A stretch of DNA of 52,093 bases from Candidatus Binatia bacterium (GTDB lineage Bacteria; Desulfobacterota; Binatia; HRBIN30). The notes beneath the pieces are model-generated. The model did not search any database. It saw only the letters and a list, made by a program, of their open reading frames with translations, and was not told where the DNA came from. Numbering within the stretch: position 1 is the first letter of the stretch; each line of letters starts with the position of its first letter. Below are positions 28,201-38,600 of the stretch, piece after piece. The DNA lies in NCBI GenBank assembly GCA_038245295.1, contig JBBRSP010000037.1, forward strand, positions 1 to 52,093. The letters are read 5' to 3'. A program made the position numbers and the translations under genes.

Positions 28201-29746
28201 GCGGCCGATCCGACAATACCGCCAGCGGGGTGTCGTTCCCCATCGAGCCGACCGCCTCCTGGCCGTTGACCGCCATCGGCGCCATCAGAATACGCAGATC
28301 TTCGAGGGTGTAGCCGTGCACTTGCTGACGCGTCAGCAAGGTGTCGGCCGTGTAGGCCGCCGGTGTATTGCGCGGCTCCGGCAACTGCGTCAACTTGACG
28401 AGATTTTCCTTTAGCCACTGGCGGTACGGCTTGCGCGTCGCCATCTCTTCCTTGATCTCGTCGTCGCCGACGATGCGTCCGTTCTCGGTGTCGACCAGGA
28501 ACATGCGGCCCGGTTGCAGGCGATCCTTGTGTTCGATGTTGGCCGGATCGATATCGAGCACGCCGACTTCCGACGCCATGACGACAAAGCCGTCTTTGGT
28601 GACGACATACCGCGACGGCCGTAAGCCATTACGGTCGAGCACGGCGCCGATCAGGCGACCATCGGTAAAGCCAATCGAGGCCGGGCCATCCCACGGTTCC
28701 ATCAGGCATTGATGGTATTCATAGAACGCGCGTTTCGTCTCGCTCATGCTCTCGTGCTTCTGCCACGCCTCGGGAACCATCATCATAATGGCGTGTGGCA
28801 ACGAGCGCCCGGTTTGCAGCAACAACTCGAGGGCATTGTCGAACTTGCCGGAGTCGCTGCCGGTCTCGTCGACGATCGGCATGATCCTGTCGATATCGTC
28901 GCCGAACAACGGCGAGGAGAATTGACGCTGCCGGGTACGCATCCAGTTTTCGTTGCCGCGCAACGTGTTGATCTCGCCGTTGTGCGCCATGAAACGATAC
29001 GGATGCGCCCGCTCCCATGACGGAAACGTGTTGGTGCTGAAACGCTGGTGCACCAAAGCCAGGGCCGACTTCAGGCTCGTGTCGACCAGATCGGTGTAGA
29101 ACAGGGGGATCTGTTCGGGCAGCAACAGGCCCTTGTAACAGATCGTCCGCGACGACAGGCTCGCGACGTAGAACGATTCGGAATCACGCAGATTGGCTTC
29201 GCGCACCTCGCGCTCGACGGTCTTGCGCACGACGTACAGGCGGCGCTCCAGCGCCTCCTGGCCCTTCACCTCTTTCGTCGTGCCGATGAAGATCTGGCGC
29301 ACCTCGGGCATCGTCTTGCGCGCCAGATCGCCGCAATGCTGCGGCTGGGTCGGCACGCTGCGCCAGCCCAGTAGCTTCAGGTCCTCTTCGTGGACGGCCT
29401 TCTCGAACAGCTTGAGACAGGCGTTGCGCTCATGGGTGTCGCGCGGCAGGAACACCATGCCGACGCCATACTCGCCGGGGTCGGGGAGCGCGATACGCAG
29501 CTCTTTGCCGCGGGCCCGCAAGAACTCATCCGGCAGTTGCATGAGGATCCCGGCGCCGTCGCCGGTGAGTGGGTCACAACCACAGGCACCGCGGTGCGTC
29601 AGGTTCTGCAGAACCTGCAGCCCCTGTTTGACGATATTATGCGACTTCTCACCCTTGATGTTGGCCACGAAGCCAACACCACACGCATCATGCTCGTACC
29701 ACGGGTCGTACAATCCTTGCTTTCGCAGTCGACGATTCTCAGCCAT
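25211..29746 (-). CDS. gltB: Glutamate synthase large (alpha) subunit
   Basis: [57 protein letters not shown]; start ATG 29746 overlaps the Lrp stop. Confidence 0.98.
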   Translation of the reverse strand: MAENRRLRKQGLYDPWYEHDACGVGFVANIKGEKSHNIVKQGLQVLQNLTHRGACGCDPLTGDGAGILMQLPDEFLRARGKELRIALPDPGEYGVGMVFLPRDTHERNACLKLFEKAVHEEDLKLLGWRSVPTQPQHCGDLARKTMPEVRQIFIGTTKEVKGQEALERRLYVVRKTVEREVREANLRDSESFYVASLSSRTICYKGLLLPEQIPLFYTDLVDTSLKSALALVHQRFSTNTFPSWERAHPYRFMAHNGEINTLRGNENWMRTRQRQFSSPLFGDDIDRIMPIVDETGSDSGKFDNALELLLQTGRSLPHAIMMMVPEAWQKHESMSETKRAFYEYHQCLMEPWDGPASIGFTDGRLIGAVLDRNGLRPSRYVVTKDGFVVMASEVGVLDIDPANIEHKDRLQPGRMFLVDTENGRIVGDDEIKEEMATRKPYRQWLKENLVKLTQLPEPRNTPAAYTADTLLTRQQVHGYTLEDLRILMAPMAVNGQEAVGSMGNDTPLAVLSDRPRLLFDYFQQLFAQVTNPPIDPIREELVMSLKATLGAEENLFDETPQHCHQLELENPIISSTELQKIKNLSAGNLRSTTLRALYRVAAGGDGLAHALEALCAQASEAIEHGYAIVVLSDREHDEEWAPIPSLLATAAVHHHLIRQGTRTRCGLVIESGEPREVHHFCLLSGYGAGAINPYLASETIIDMVRDGRLKGVSEGEAIEHYLKAANKGVLKVMTKMGISTIQSYRGAQIFEAIGLNTEVIEKYFTWTASRIEGVGIDVIAKETALRHHLAHEVSPSLDGELDPGGQYQWRRRGEYHMYNPDTVAKLQHSVRAGNYKMFKEYSRLVNNHNTKLATIRGLLKFKQGVSIPIEEVEPASEIVKRFKTGAMSLGSISREAHENLAIAMNRIGGKSNTGEGGEDSVRYKLDPNGDSRRSAIKQVASGRFGVTSYYLVNADELQIKMAQGAKPGEGGQLPGHKVDKYIASIRYSTPGVGLISPPPHHDIYSIEDLSQLIHDLKNSNDKARISVKLVAEVGVGTVAAGVAKGKADVVLISGDSGGTGASPLTSIKHAGLPWELGLAETQQVLVMNDLRGRIRVETDGQLKTGRDVAVAVLLGAEEYGFASAALVASGCIMLRVCHLNTCPVGIATQDPVLRKKFAGTPEHVVNLMMFIAEELREIMAELGFRKVEDMVGHVEMLDASEAIDHWKAAGVDLSQILHKPDVPASVAIHCVQDQDHGLDKALDNKLIELARPALEERKRVEIDLPIRNVNRTVGTMLSAEISRRYGAEGLPPETIRIKFSGSAGQSFGAFMANGIAVELEGDANDYFGKGMSGGRIIVYPPKTATFAAEDNIIVGNVSLYGATGGEVFLRGQAGERFCVRNSGVTAVVEGVGDHGCEYMTRGLVVVLGKTGRNFAAGMSGGVAFVYDSDGDFKTRCNMGMIELDPLDDRDVAQVHDLIRRHYDYTKSAVAWRVLSGWKDHVGQFVKIMPVEYRQVLAKAHLDSDAAQMAGV

Positions 29747-30290
29747 GGGTTCCAACCCCCTTAAGGTGCGCTTTCTTGTCTCCGTTACGCCGCGAACGCC
29801 GCGGCGCAGCCGGGTCTTCGATCTCGAGCGGCACGTAGGTGCGCTCAGTGTGCGTCGACAACACCACCATGGTATCGGTGCGATCGACGCCATCGATCGA
29901 CCGGATCGAGCTGATTAGCTCTTCCAGGGTCGAGGTGTTCTCGGTTTTGACTTTGACCAACAAGGTGTGTTGGCCGGTCACATGGTGACACTCGAGAACA
30001 TCATCGACCTGCTCGATCTGATCCTCGAAGGCCTCGATCATCTTCGGGTGGCTGATCGAAACACCGATGAACGCCGTCACATCCTTGCCCAACCGTCGCG
30101 CGTCGAGAATGGCGCGATACCCATGGATGATCTGCTGGTCCTCGAGCTTCTTGATGCGCTCAATCACCGACGGCGCCGACAACCCGACCTTCTCACCGAT
30201 CTTGGCCAGCGGCAGCTTGCAGTTCTCCTGCAGCAACTCGAGGATGCTTCGGTCGATATCGTCTAGTTCGGCTTCAATTCCTAATTTCAT
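29739..30290 (-). CDS. Lrp/AsnC family transcriptional regulator
   Basis: [44 protein letters not shown]. Confidence 0.92.
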   Translation of the reverse strand: MKLGIEAELDDIDRSILELLQENCKLPLAKIGEKVGLSAPSVIERIKKLEDQQIIHGYRAILDARRLGKDVTAFIGVSISHPKMIEAFEDQIEQVDDVLECHHVTGQHTLLVKVKTENTSTLEELISSIRSIDGVDRTDTMVVLSTHTERTYVPLEIEDPAAPRRSRRNGDKKAHLKGVGTHG

Positions 30291-30315
30291 AAGGCAGAAT
30301 CCGCCTGGGACCGAA

Positions 30316-30345
30316 TGAATAGACAAGAAACAGCGCTTGAGTCAA
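30316..30345 (-). promoter_or_regulatory. Possible sigma70 promoter of lrp-gltBD
   Basis: Minus strand TTGACT-N18-TATTCA in an AT-rich patch; the -35 overlaps the palindrome TTGAGTCAA. Confidence 0.35.
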
Positions 30346-30450
30346 TTCATCATTCGGAATGTAAGGAATGAAAGTTTCTACAAGATTGGACGGCACCTCC
30401 TACCCGCCTGGCGCAGGGTCGACGCACACCGCAGGCTGAAGCCCGCCGTG

Positions 30451-31644
30451 TCAGGCAACCGAACGACGCAACACGGAACACACGCCCAGTAGGCCGAACG
30501 CCGAAACGTAGAACACCGAACGCAAGCCGAAATGAGCGGCCAGGTAACCGCCGAGCAACGGACCCATCAGATTGCCGAGCATGGCGGCACTCGAACAGAA
30601 ACCCATCAAGCCGCCACGTCGGTCGGACGGACTGTTGTTGCTGATGAAGCCGAGCAGCGGCGGCAACGTGCCGCTGACGAAGCATCCGAAGGCTAGGCGC
30701 AGGACGAAGAGTTGCCATACCTGGGTGACTGCGCCTTGCGTCGCAAGCAACACCGCCGAGCCCGTCATGGCGATCGTCGAGGTACGGCGGATACCGACAC
30801 GATCGGCCCATCGCCCCCATGCCGGGGCAGCGATCAAGGCGCTGATTCCCGTGGCAGCGTAAAGAACTCCGGTCGCGGTCGACAGCCGCGCGGTCTCAAC
30901 GCCGAGCTGCTCGACGAACAACACGAAGATCGGCTGCAACGTTGTCGCCAGCATCTGCGAGCAAACAATCGCCAGCAAGGCGGCACGCAGTCCGGGATGG
31001 CGCCACGCCACGCGTAGTGTCTCGCGCACACTGGCTCGTTCCGACAACGTCGTAACCGTGTCGTGGCGCGGCTCCACCAGGGTGCGCCAGGCGATGATAC
31101 TGGATGTGGCGGTAACCGCCGCAACAACGAAGAAGATTTCACGAAAGCCGATCCAGTCGGCGAGAAAGCCGCCGAGCATCGGCCCGAGAAGGCCAGATGC
31201 CGGAACCACAGACTGCAGCAGACCAAGTGCGTAACCGCGTTGTCCGTCCGGCACGGTGACCGACACCAGCGCCATCCCGGCGGCCAGAAAGCCGGACACG
31301 GAGCCAAGCGCCAACCGCCAGCCGAGCAGGCCACCGACTGAGCCCGACATGGCCATGCCGAGATAGCAGCACGACGATCCCACCAGGGCGCGAATCACCA
31401 TCGGCTTCTGACCGTAGCGATCACCAAAGCTGGCCCAGATCGGCGTCGCAATAAACGCCAATAGGAACGGCGCGGCCAGCAATCGGCCGCTCCACTTGGT
31501 CACCTCGGCAAGGTCGGTGATGCCGAGCTCGCGGACGTAGAGCGGTATGAAGGGCAGGATCAGAGCCAGGCCCGTGAACGCGGCAAACTCGATACCCCAG
31601 AGAATGTAGAGATTGCGCCGCCACACGGCCTGCGTTTCGTGCAC
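30451..31644 (-). CDS. MFS transporter (DHA1/MdtG-like)
   Basis: WRRNLYILW, ILPFIPLYV, GDRYGQKPMVIR, WGRWADRVG; about 12 TM helices. Confidence 0.88.
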   Translation of the reverse strand: MHETQAVWRRNLYILWGIEFAAFTGLALILPFIPLYVRELGITDLAEVTKWSGRLLAAPFLLAFIATPIWASFGDRYGQKPMVIRALVGSSCCYLGMAMSGSVGGLLGWRLALGSVSGFLAAGMALVSVTVPDGQRGYALGLLQSVVPASGLLGPMLGGFLADWIGFREIFFVVAAVTATSSIIAWRTLVEPRHDTVTTLSERASVRETLRVAWRHPGLRAALLAIVCSQMLATTLQPIFVLFVEQLGVETARLSTATGVLYAATGISALIAAPAWGRWADRVGIRRTSTIAMTGSAVLLATQGAVTQVWQLFVLRLAFGCFVSGTLPPLLGFISNNSPSDRRGGLMGFCSSAAMLGNLMGPLLGGYLAAHFGLRSVFYVSAFGLLGVCSVLRRSVA

Positions 31645-31720
31645 CGCCGGTGGTTACCAACGACGGACCACAGGGGCAATCGCCGGCCCCATGCGTCGTC
31701 ACGCATGCTAGGCTCGCAGG

Positions 31721-32266
31721 ATGGCTCCCACCTATTCGATTGTCTGCGAGGAGTTCTACGCCGTCCGCCAACATCTCTACGATCTGATCGGCGCCCTGTC
31801 GGTCGACGAGATGCGGCACTCACCGAGCGCTCCACCGTACCTCTGCATCAGTGCGCTGTTCGCGCACATCGCCGTCAGCGAGGACAAGAATACCGCGGAG
31901 ATCAGCCGCAAGGCGCCCGCCGAAAAGGCTCTCGCGGCCGCGCTGGAAGTCTACGCAACAACACGGGACGCGGCGGCCTTGCCTTCGCCGCCGGAGATTC
32001 TCGACGCGGCACGACGCGTGCGTGACAACACCGTCGCCTTCCTGGCCCTTCCCTTCCGCGCCGTTAAAGACGAGGCGCACGCCACGACACTCGCCGAACC
32101 ATTTCGCGGCATCATCAACAACGAATAGGCCTATGCCGCCCAGATCAACGAGATCCGCCGTGCCCACGGCAAGCCGGAAGTAGAGCCGCCACCTTCCCGG
32201 CGCGTCGACCTCACCGCTCCGCCCTATGTGTTACGCGGGTGGGAGATCATCAGACCGGGCGACTGA
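31721..32266 (+). pseudogene. DinB/YfiT-like four-helix-bundle protein with in-frame TAG at 32126-32128 (pseudogene, sequencing error or readthrough)
   Basis: ORF 31721-32128 (ISALFAHIAVSED) continues in frame after TAG as AYAAQINEIRRAHGKP... to TGA 32266. Confidence 0.5.
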
Positions 32267-33496
32267 GGCTGGGTCACTCAATCGCAAGCAGCCCTGGGCC
32301 GGTCGCATGACGTCGGCCAATGTCACCCCGCGCCACTGCTCATCGGCGATGCGCGATTGCTCTTCGACGGCACCGACGACACGCCCGTCACATCCAGCCG
32401 GCAGAACCGCGCCACTCGGAAGCTCCCGCAGCCGGTCAATTTCGATCCCCGACGCGGCGCGCGCCAGAAGGAAACGCGACGAATCATCCGCCGCCATCGT
32501 GATCCATCCCCATTCGATCAACCGCGCGGCGAGATCCTCGATCAGTTGAAAGGGCATCTGCAATTCCCGTGCAACGGATCGACTAGACACCACCGCATCG
32601 CCACGCTCGAAGGCATCGGCACAGCGCATCAGGAGATGCAGCGCCACGCCGCGCAGCTCGATGCCGGCGCCGCGCCACAAACTCGCCTCCATCCCCAACT
32701 CGTACGTTGCCGCCACCTCGGCACCCACAAGGATCACTGCCCAGCTCACGTACAACCAGGCGAGTAAGCCGGGCAGCTGCGACAGGGCGCCATAGACGGC
32801 ATTGTTGCTCGCGACACCGATCTGCAGGCGGACGTAGGCGAGTTGGAGGAAATGCCACGACGTCCCGGCGACGACCGCGCCTAGCAGAATCGGCCGCCAC
32901 GATGGTCGGCGGTTCGGCATCACCGCATACAGCACCGCGATGCCAACAATATTGAAAACAATCGGCACCACACGCAGGGCGCCGACCATCGCTTGACCAA
33001 CAAAGTCGTTCTCCAGCAGGAAGCGGACGAAGCTTTGGCTCTGCAGGGATGACGTCAGCGCCGTCGCGGCCAGCAGCAGGAACGGACTCAACAACGTCAC
33101 ACTCAGGAAGTCGGTCACACGGCGCCACCAATTGCGATTGCCGCGCACACGCCAGATGTCGTTGAGACTTCCCTCGATCGCGCCGAGCACGCTGACCACC
33201 GTCACCAGCAGCAACGTCGCTCCGAGGGCTCCCAGGGTCCCAACATTGGTGCGATCGATGAAACCAATGATCGAATCGGTAGTCTCCTGGTGCAGGGACA
33301 GGCGCGACAACAGTATCGGCTCCAATCGCCGCTGCACCCCCAGCCCCTTCAGGACCGAGAACATCACCGCGAGCAGCGGTACCAGGGAGAGCAAGGACGA
33401 GTACGCCAGCGCGGCGGCACGGGTCAGGCACCGATCGGCGTAGAAGCGTTCGACCGCTGCCGCAATGAACAAATGCAGTCGCCGCAAGAGCACCAT
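32231..33496 (-). CDS. YihY/virulence factor BrkB family membrane protein with C-terminal HTH-like extension
   Basis: AAALAYSSLLSLVPLLAV, IEGSLNDIW, YGALSQLP..L.WLYVSW..ILVGAE. Confidence 0.88.
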   Translation of the reverse strand: MVLLRRLHLFIAAAVERFYADRCLTRAAALAYSSLLSLVPLLAVMFSVLKGLGVQRRLEPILLSRLSLHQETTDSIIGFIDRTNVGTLGALGATLLLVTVVSVLGAIEGSLNDIWRVRGNRNWWRRVTDFLSVTLLSPFLLLAATALTSSLQSQSFVRFLLENDFVGQAMVGALRVVPIVFNIVGIAVLYAVMPNRRPSWRPILLGAVVAGTSWHFLQLAYVRLQIGVASNNAVYGALSQLPGLLAWLYVSWAVILVGAEVAATYELGMEASLWRGAGIELRGVALHLLMRCADAFERGDAVVSSRSVARELQMPFQLIEDLAARLIEWGWITMAADDSSRFLLARAASGIEIDRLRELPSGAVLPAGCDGRVVGAVEEQSRIADEQWRGVTLADVMRPAQGCLRLSDPASVARSDDLPPA

Positions 33497-33584
33497 CCCT
33501 GGCGCCTACAGGAGCGGTCCCTCGTTGGCAAGTTTTCTTAAACCTCTTGCATTGGATTGGAATTCTGCCAGCCAAGGCGACGCT

Positions 33585-36500
33585 ATGAAAAAGCTATTGA
33601 TCGCCAACCGCGGCGAGATCGCCCTGCGCATCTCGCGCGCCGCTTTCGAGCTCGAGATTCCCGCCGTTGTCGTATTCTCCGAAGACGATGCCGACGCCCT
33701 GCACGCACACCGCGCCGCCGCGGCACACCCACTGCGGGGCCGTGGCCCGGCCGCCTATCTCGACATCGAACAGATCGCTGACGCCGCCATCGCCAACCAC
33801 TGCGACGCCATTCACCCCGGCTATGGCTTCCTCAGCGAGAATCCCGGCCTGGCTCGTGCGGCCGCAGCACGCGGTATCGTCTTTGTCGGACCGGCGCCCG
33901 AAACACTCGAAATCTTCGGCGACAAAACGCGCGCCCGCGCCTTGGCCGAGAGCTGTGAAGTACCCGTTCTCGTGGGCTCCGGCGGCGCTGTCGACGCCAA
34001 CGGCGCCAAAGCCTTCTTTCTAAGTTTGGGCAAGAACGCCGTGATGGTGATCAAGGCGATCGCCGGCGGCGGTGGCCGCGGTATGCGTGTTGTGCAGAAT
34101 GTCGACGACATCGACGCAGCCTTCGCCCGCTGCCGTTCCGAAGCCGAGCAGGCGTTCGGTGATGGCCGTCTGTATGTCGAACAATTCCTGGCGACGGCGC
34201 GACACATCGAAGTCCAGGTGCTGGGCGACGCCGATGGTTCCATCATCCACCTCGGCGAGCGCGAGTGCAGTCCGCAACGTCAGCATCAGAAACTCGTCGA
34301 GATCGCGCCCTGCCCGTCCCTGCCGGCCGCCTTGCGCGACCAGATTACCGGCGATGCCGTGCGCCTGGCGCGGGCCGCACGCTACCGCAACGCCGGCACC
34401 TTCGAGTTTCTCGTCACCGCCGCCGCCTTGACCGCTCCCGTGCTGCGGCGAAAGCGATCCACCGGTCCGACCGCCTATGCCTTCATCGAAGCCAACCCGC
34501 GATTACAGGTGGAACATACGGTCACCGAAGAGGTGATGGGCGTCGACCTGGTTCGCCTACAACTGCAGATCGCCAGCGGAACGCCGCTGGCAGCTCTGGG
34601 TTTCCCGAGAGACTTCGAGCCGAGCGCCCGCGGCTTCGCCATCCAGGTGCGTATCAATACCGAGGTCATGCAGCCCGACGGCAGCGTGCGCCCATCGGGT
34701 GGACGTGTCGCCGCCTTGCGGCTGCCGGCCGGGCCTGGTGTTCGTATCGATGGCGCCGCCGAGGTTGGTGTGGCCACCAACCCGAACTTCGATTCGCTGT
34801 TGCTCAAGTTGATCGTCCATTCGCCGACGCCGCTGTTCAGCGACGCGGTGCGGCGAGCGGCCCGCGCCCTCGACGAATTCAGCCTGTCGGGGCTGCGAAC
34901 CAACGTCCCCTTCCTCCGGCGTCTGCTCACTCATCCCGACTTTCTCGCCAATCACGTCGACACCGAGTTCATCGGCCGCCATCTCGCCGAGTTGGTCGAT
35001 CCCAACGACAACGTTGATAGCGGGATACAGGTAACCCCGACGGCCAACCGCGCGCCGGGTGTCGGCGCCCGGGTCGATTCTATAGACCCGCTCGCCGTGC
35101 TGGCATTCGGCAAGGAACAAGTCGCCGCGGCGGCCGAAGTTGCGGCACCGATCGGCGATGGAAGCATCGCTGTGAGCGCGCCCATGCAAGGCACCATCGT
35201 CAATATCGCCGTCGCCGCCGGCGATACGGTGCGACGCGGGCAAATGCTCGTCGTGATGAGCGCCATGAAGATGGAACACGTCGTCAACGCCCCCGTGAGC
35301 GGCCACGTCGTCCGTGTCTGGGTAAGCACCGGCGACACGGTTGCCGAAGGTCAAACGATCCTTTCCATCGAAGCCGGAGCCGAGGGTGTGGACGCGGACG
35401 AAACCCGCGAATCAGTCAATCTCGAGGTGATCCGCGCCGACCTTGCTGAGGTCCAACAACGCCATGCTGTTACCCGAGACGCGGCGCGCACGGATGCCGT
35501 GGCGCGCCGTCGAAAGACGGGTCAGCGCACGGCACGCGAGAACATCGCCGATCTGTGCGATGATGGGACCTTCCTTGAATACGGCGGCCTCACCATCGCG
35601 GCGCAACGGCAGCGCCGAACCAAAGAGGATTTGATCGCCAACACACCCGCCGACTGTCTCGTCGCGGGAATCGGCGCGATCAACGGCGAGACATTCGGCG
35701 CCGACAAGGCGCAGTGCGCCATCCTTTCATACGACTATACGGTGCTCGCCGGGACCCAGGGTTTCCTCAACCACCGCAAGAAGGATCGCCTGTTCGAGCT
35801 CGCCGAGCGGCAGCGCATCCCGTTGGTGTTCTTCACCGAGGGCGGCGGCGGGCGCCCGGGCGACACCGATGCACCCGGGGTTGCCGGGCTCGATTGCATG
35901 GCCTTCCACCTGTTCGCCCGACTGAGTGGCCTCGTACCGCTGATCGGCATCAACTCCGGACGCTGTTTCGCCGGCAACGCGGCATTGCTTGGGTGCTGCG
36001 ACGTCATCATCGCGACGCGCAACTCGAACATTGGCATGGGTGGCCCCGCCATGATCGAGGGTGGCGGCCTCGGGGTGTTTCGACCGGAAGAAGTCGGGCC
36101 GATGAACGTCCAGACCGCCAATGGTGTCGTCGACATCCTGACCGATGACGAAGCCGACGCGGTGCGGGTTGCCAAACAGTACCTGTCGTATTTCCAGGGC
36201 TCCGTGCCGACGTGGGAATGCGCCGACCAACGACACCTGCGCAACGTCATCCCGGAGAATCGATTGCGTGTGTATGACGTGCGCCAGGTGATCGACACAC
36301 TCGCCGACACCGATTCGGTCTTGGAATTACGCCGCCACTTCGGCCTCGGCATGGTCACGGCGCTGGCGCGCATCGAAGGACGCCCCGTCGGTCTCGTCGC
36401 CAACAACCCACATCATCTGGCCGGCGCCATCGACAGCCCGGCTGCCGACAAGGCGGCGCGCTTCATGCAACTTTGCGATGCCTTCGACATCCCTATCGTG

Positions 36501-36986
36501 TTTCTGTGCGACACACCGGGCATCATGGTCGGCCCGGAGGCCGAGAAAACCGCACTGGTGCGCCACTGCTCGCGCATGTTCGTCACCGGCGCCAGCCTTA
36601 CGGTGCCGTTCTGCACGATCATCCTACGCAAATCCTATGGACTCGGCGCCCAGGCCATGGGCGGCGGCAGTCACAAGACGCCGCTGTTCACGGTATCCTG
36701 GCCAACCGGCGAGTTCGGCGGCATGGGTCTCGAAGGCGCGGTAAAGTTGGGCTTCCGCAAAGAGCTGGCCGCCATCGAGGACGCGGCACAACGCAAACAG
36801 GTCTTTGAACAGATGGTGGCTCGTGCCTATGAGCACGGAAAGGCACTCAACCTGGCAACCCACTTCGAGATCGACGACGTCATCGACCCGGCCGAGTCGA
36901 GACGCTGGATTGCCGGCGCCCTACGTGCCGCCCCCGAAGCACCGGTACGTACGTACAAGAAACGTTCGTGCGTCGACACCTGGTAG
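33585..36986 (+). CDS. Single-chain biotin-dependent acyl-CoA carboxylase (BC-BCCP-CT fusion)
   Basis: KLLIANRGEIA, HPGYGFLSEN, GGGGRGMR, EANPRLQVEH, biotinylation motif AMKME, C-terminal CT domains; start ATG 33585. Confidence 0.93.
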   Translation: MKKLLIANRGEIALRISRAAFELEIPAVVVFSEDDADALHAHRAAAAHPLRGRGPAAYLDIEQIADAAIANHCDAIHPGYGFLSENPGLARAAAARGIVFVGPAPETLEIFGDKTRARALAESCEVPVLVGSGGAVDANGAKAFFLSLGKNAVMVIKAIAGGGGRGMRVVQNVDDIDAAFARCRSEAEQAFGDGRLYVEQFLATARHIEVQVLGDADGSIIHLGERECSPQRQHQKLVEIAPCPSLPAALRDQITGDAVRLARAARYRNAGTFEFLVTAAALTAPVLRRKRSTGPTAYAFIEANPRLQVEHTVTEEVMGVDLVRLQLQIASGTPLAALGFPRDFEPSARGFAIQVRINTEVMQPDGSVRPSGGRVAALRLPAGPGVRIDGAAEVGVATNPNFDSLLLKLIVHSPTPLFSDAVRRAARALDEFSLSGLRTNVPFLRRLLTHPDFLANHVDTEFIGRHLAELVDPNDNVDSGIQVTPTANRAPGVGARVDSIDPLAVLAFGKEQVAAAAEVAAPIGDGSIAVSAPMQGTIVNIAVAAGDTVRRGQMLVVMSAMKMEHVVNAPVSGHVVRVWVSTGDTVAEGQTILSIEAGAEGVDADETRESVNLEVIRADLAEVQQRHAVTRDAARTDAVARRRKTGQRTARENIADLCDDGTFLEYGGLTIAAQRQRRTKEDLIANTPADCLVAGIGAINGETFGADKAQCAILSYDYTVLAGTQGFLNHRKKDRLFELAERQRIPLVFFTEGGGGRPGDTDAPGVAGLDCMAFHLFARLSGLVPLIGINSGRCFAGNAALLGCCDVIIATRNSNIGMGGPAMIEGGGLGVFRPEEVGPMNVQTANGVVDILTDDEADAVRVAKQYLSYFQGSVPTWECADQRHLRNVIPENRLRVYDVRQVIDTLADTDSVLELRRHFGLGMVTALARIEGRPVGLVANNPHHLAGAIDSPAADKAARFMQLCDAFDIPIVFLCDTPGIMVGPEAEKTALVRHCSRMFVTGASLTVPFCTIILRKSYGLGAQAMGGGSHKTPLFTVSWPTGEFGGMGLEGAVKLGFRKELAAIEDAAQRKQVFEQMVARAYEHGKALNLATHFEIDDVIDPAESRRWIAGALRAAPEAPVRTYKKRSCVDTW

Positions 36987-37047
36987 ACCCGATCGGCCGC
37001 CTGCAGTCTGTATTCGCGCCATCGCTGGAGTGTGATACGGACGCCGC

Positions 37048-38319
37048 GTGCGATTGGCTCCTAAACGACTGCTCGTCCCTTTCGCCCGCAAGCGGTCCTG
37101 GGCACTGGAGCCGAACTATCGCGCCATCTACCTGATCAAGAGTATTGGCCTCATCGGCGCCCTCGTCGTCGGCTGGCTAGTGTATTTCTTCTTGGCGCCG
37201 GAGACCCGCGTCTGGTCGATGACGGCATTCGTGCTCACCAGTCTTGTCCCCAGCTTGGCGATTGCCCTCTCGGAGCGCCCACCGCCGGTAGGGTTGGTCT
37301 GGTTGACCTTTATCCTCGACGTCCTCGGCGTAACGGCAGCAATCCATTTTGGTGGCGGCGCGCAAAATGTGAGCGGCCCAATGGTCTACATGATCTACAC
37401 AGGCCTGGCGGGCCTGCTGCTTTCCGAACGTGGCGCGATCGCCGTGGCGGCGTTGTGCGGCATCTCCTACGGCGTTGTCATCGGCTCTGAGTTTCTCGGC
37501 TGGCTGCCGCGTTACCCGCTGCCCGCCGACTACTCGCCGCTGGCACGCATCGCCATGGTCAACGGCTTTGCCGTCCTTGGCGCCTGGGTGGGCGCGTACA
37601 CGACGCAACAAATGCGGTTGATCTATCAGCGCGCCGAAGAGCTGCGCGCCGACGCGGTCAGCGCCTTGTCGCACGATTTGAAGAATCCACTGAACGTCGT
37701 CAGCGGCTGTGCCGAGTTGCTACGCGACGTCGTACCGCCGGATCAACGCAACTATGTGGATCTGATTGAACGTGCCGCGCAGGATGCCACCGATGTCGTG
37801 CGCAACGTGCTCGATGCGGCGATCCTCGACGACAACGGCTTCAGCATGACGCATGGCCTCGTCGACGTGCGAGACATGCTCGCGCGCACCGCCGGACTCT
37901 ACGAATTCGCGGCACAGCTCAAATCGATCGAGGTGCGCCAGTCGGTTCAAGCGACTCTCCCTCCGGTTCACGGCGACGCACAGCTTCTCAGCCGCGCCGT
38001 CGGCAACCTCGTCTCGAACGCCATCAAGTACACACGTGAGCGCGGAACCATCGAGATCGATGCCCGAGAAGAAGCTGGGCATGTCGTGATTGCGGTTCGC
38101 GATAGCGGTCCTGGCATTCCACATGAGGATCAGAAGCAGTTGTTCCAGAAGTTCTCGCGCACCGGCGATCGCCGTCGCGTCGAGGGCACCGGCCTAGGGC
38201 TCTACATCGTGCGCCGCGTCGCCGAGGTGCACGGCGGCAAGACCGACGTTGAAAGCGCTGTCGGCGCCGGCAGCACGTTTCGAATCGAGTTGCCGATCCC
38301 CCGATCCGGCGCAGAGTGA
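37048..38319 (+). CDS. Membrane sensor histidine kinase
   Basis: N-terminal TM helices, SHDLKNPL H-box, NLVSNAIKY, DSGPGI, GTGLGL. Confidence 0.92.
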   Translation: MRLAPKRLLVPFARKRSWALEPNYRAIYLIKSIGLIGALVVGWLVYFFLAPETRVWSMTAFVLTSLVPSLAIALSERPPPVGLVWLTFILDVLGVTAAIHFGGGAQNVSGPMVYMIYTGLAGLLLSERGAIAVAALCGISYGVVIGSEFLGWLPRYPLPADYSPLARIAMVNGFAVLGAWVGAYTTQQMRLIYQRAEELRADAVSALSHDLKNPLNVVSGCAELLRDVVPPDQRNYVDLIERAAQDATDVVRNVLDAAILDDNGFSMTHGLVDVRDMLARTAGLYEFAAQLKSIEVRQSVQATLPPVHGDAQLLSRAVGNLVSNAIKYTRERGTIEIDAREEAGHVVIAVRDSGPGIPHEDQKQLFQKFSRTGDRRRVEGTGLGLYIVRRVAEVHGGKTDVESAVGAGSTFRIELPIPRSGAE

Positions 38320-38353
38320 CCCTCCCAGAACACAGCCCGGCTTCCAGCCGGAA

Positions 38354-38459
38354 CCAACGGAAAACGGACAATCCAGAACCGACGACTGACAATGACCAAT
38401 TGGATGGCATTCCATTGCCCGTCGTCGGTTGTCGGTTCTGGGTCGTCGGTTTTCCATTG
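38354..38459. repeat. Heptamer-periodic palindromic element, copy 2 (inverted relative to copy 1)
   Basis: Reverse complement CAATGGAAAACCGACGACCCAGAACCGACAACCGACGACGGGCAATGG...TTGTCCGTTTTCCGTTGG aligns with 2561-2667. Confidence 0.8.
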
Positions 38460-38600
38460 CTCTTGTGCGCTGGCGACAAAAATCGCGGCACCGGACAATC
38501 TTGGCGCGCCGACAAGAATTGGAACGTTTGTTACACGGGCGCCGACATTGCCCCCAGGTGCTTGTGAGGATGGCGGTACCCTTGGTAAGGTCGCCCCCCA

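Noticed and set aside
25247..28414. Long plus-strand ORFs (398 aa and 556 aa) opposite gltB, plus similar ones at 4207-5559, 20380-21687, 44812-45831, 46227-47411 and 50331-51386
   Set aside because: Typical high-GC antisense open frames fully overlapping well-supported genes
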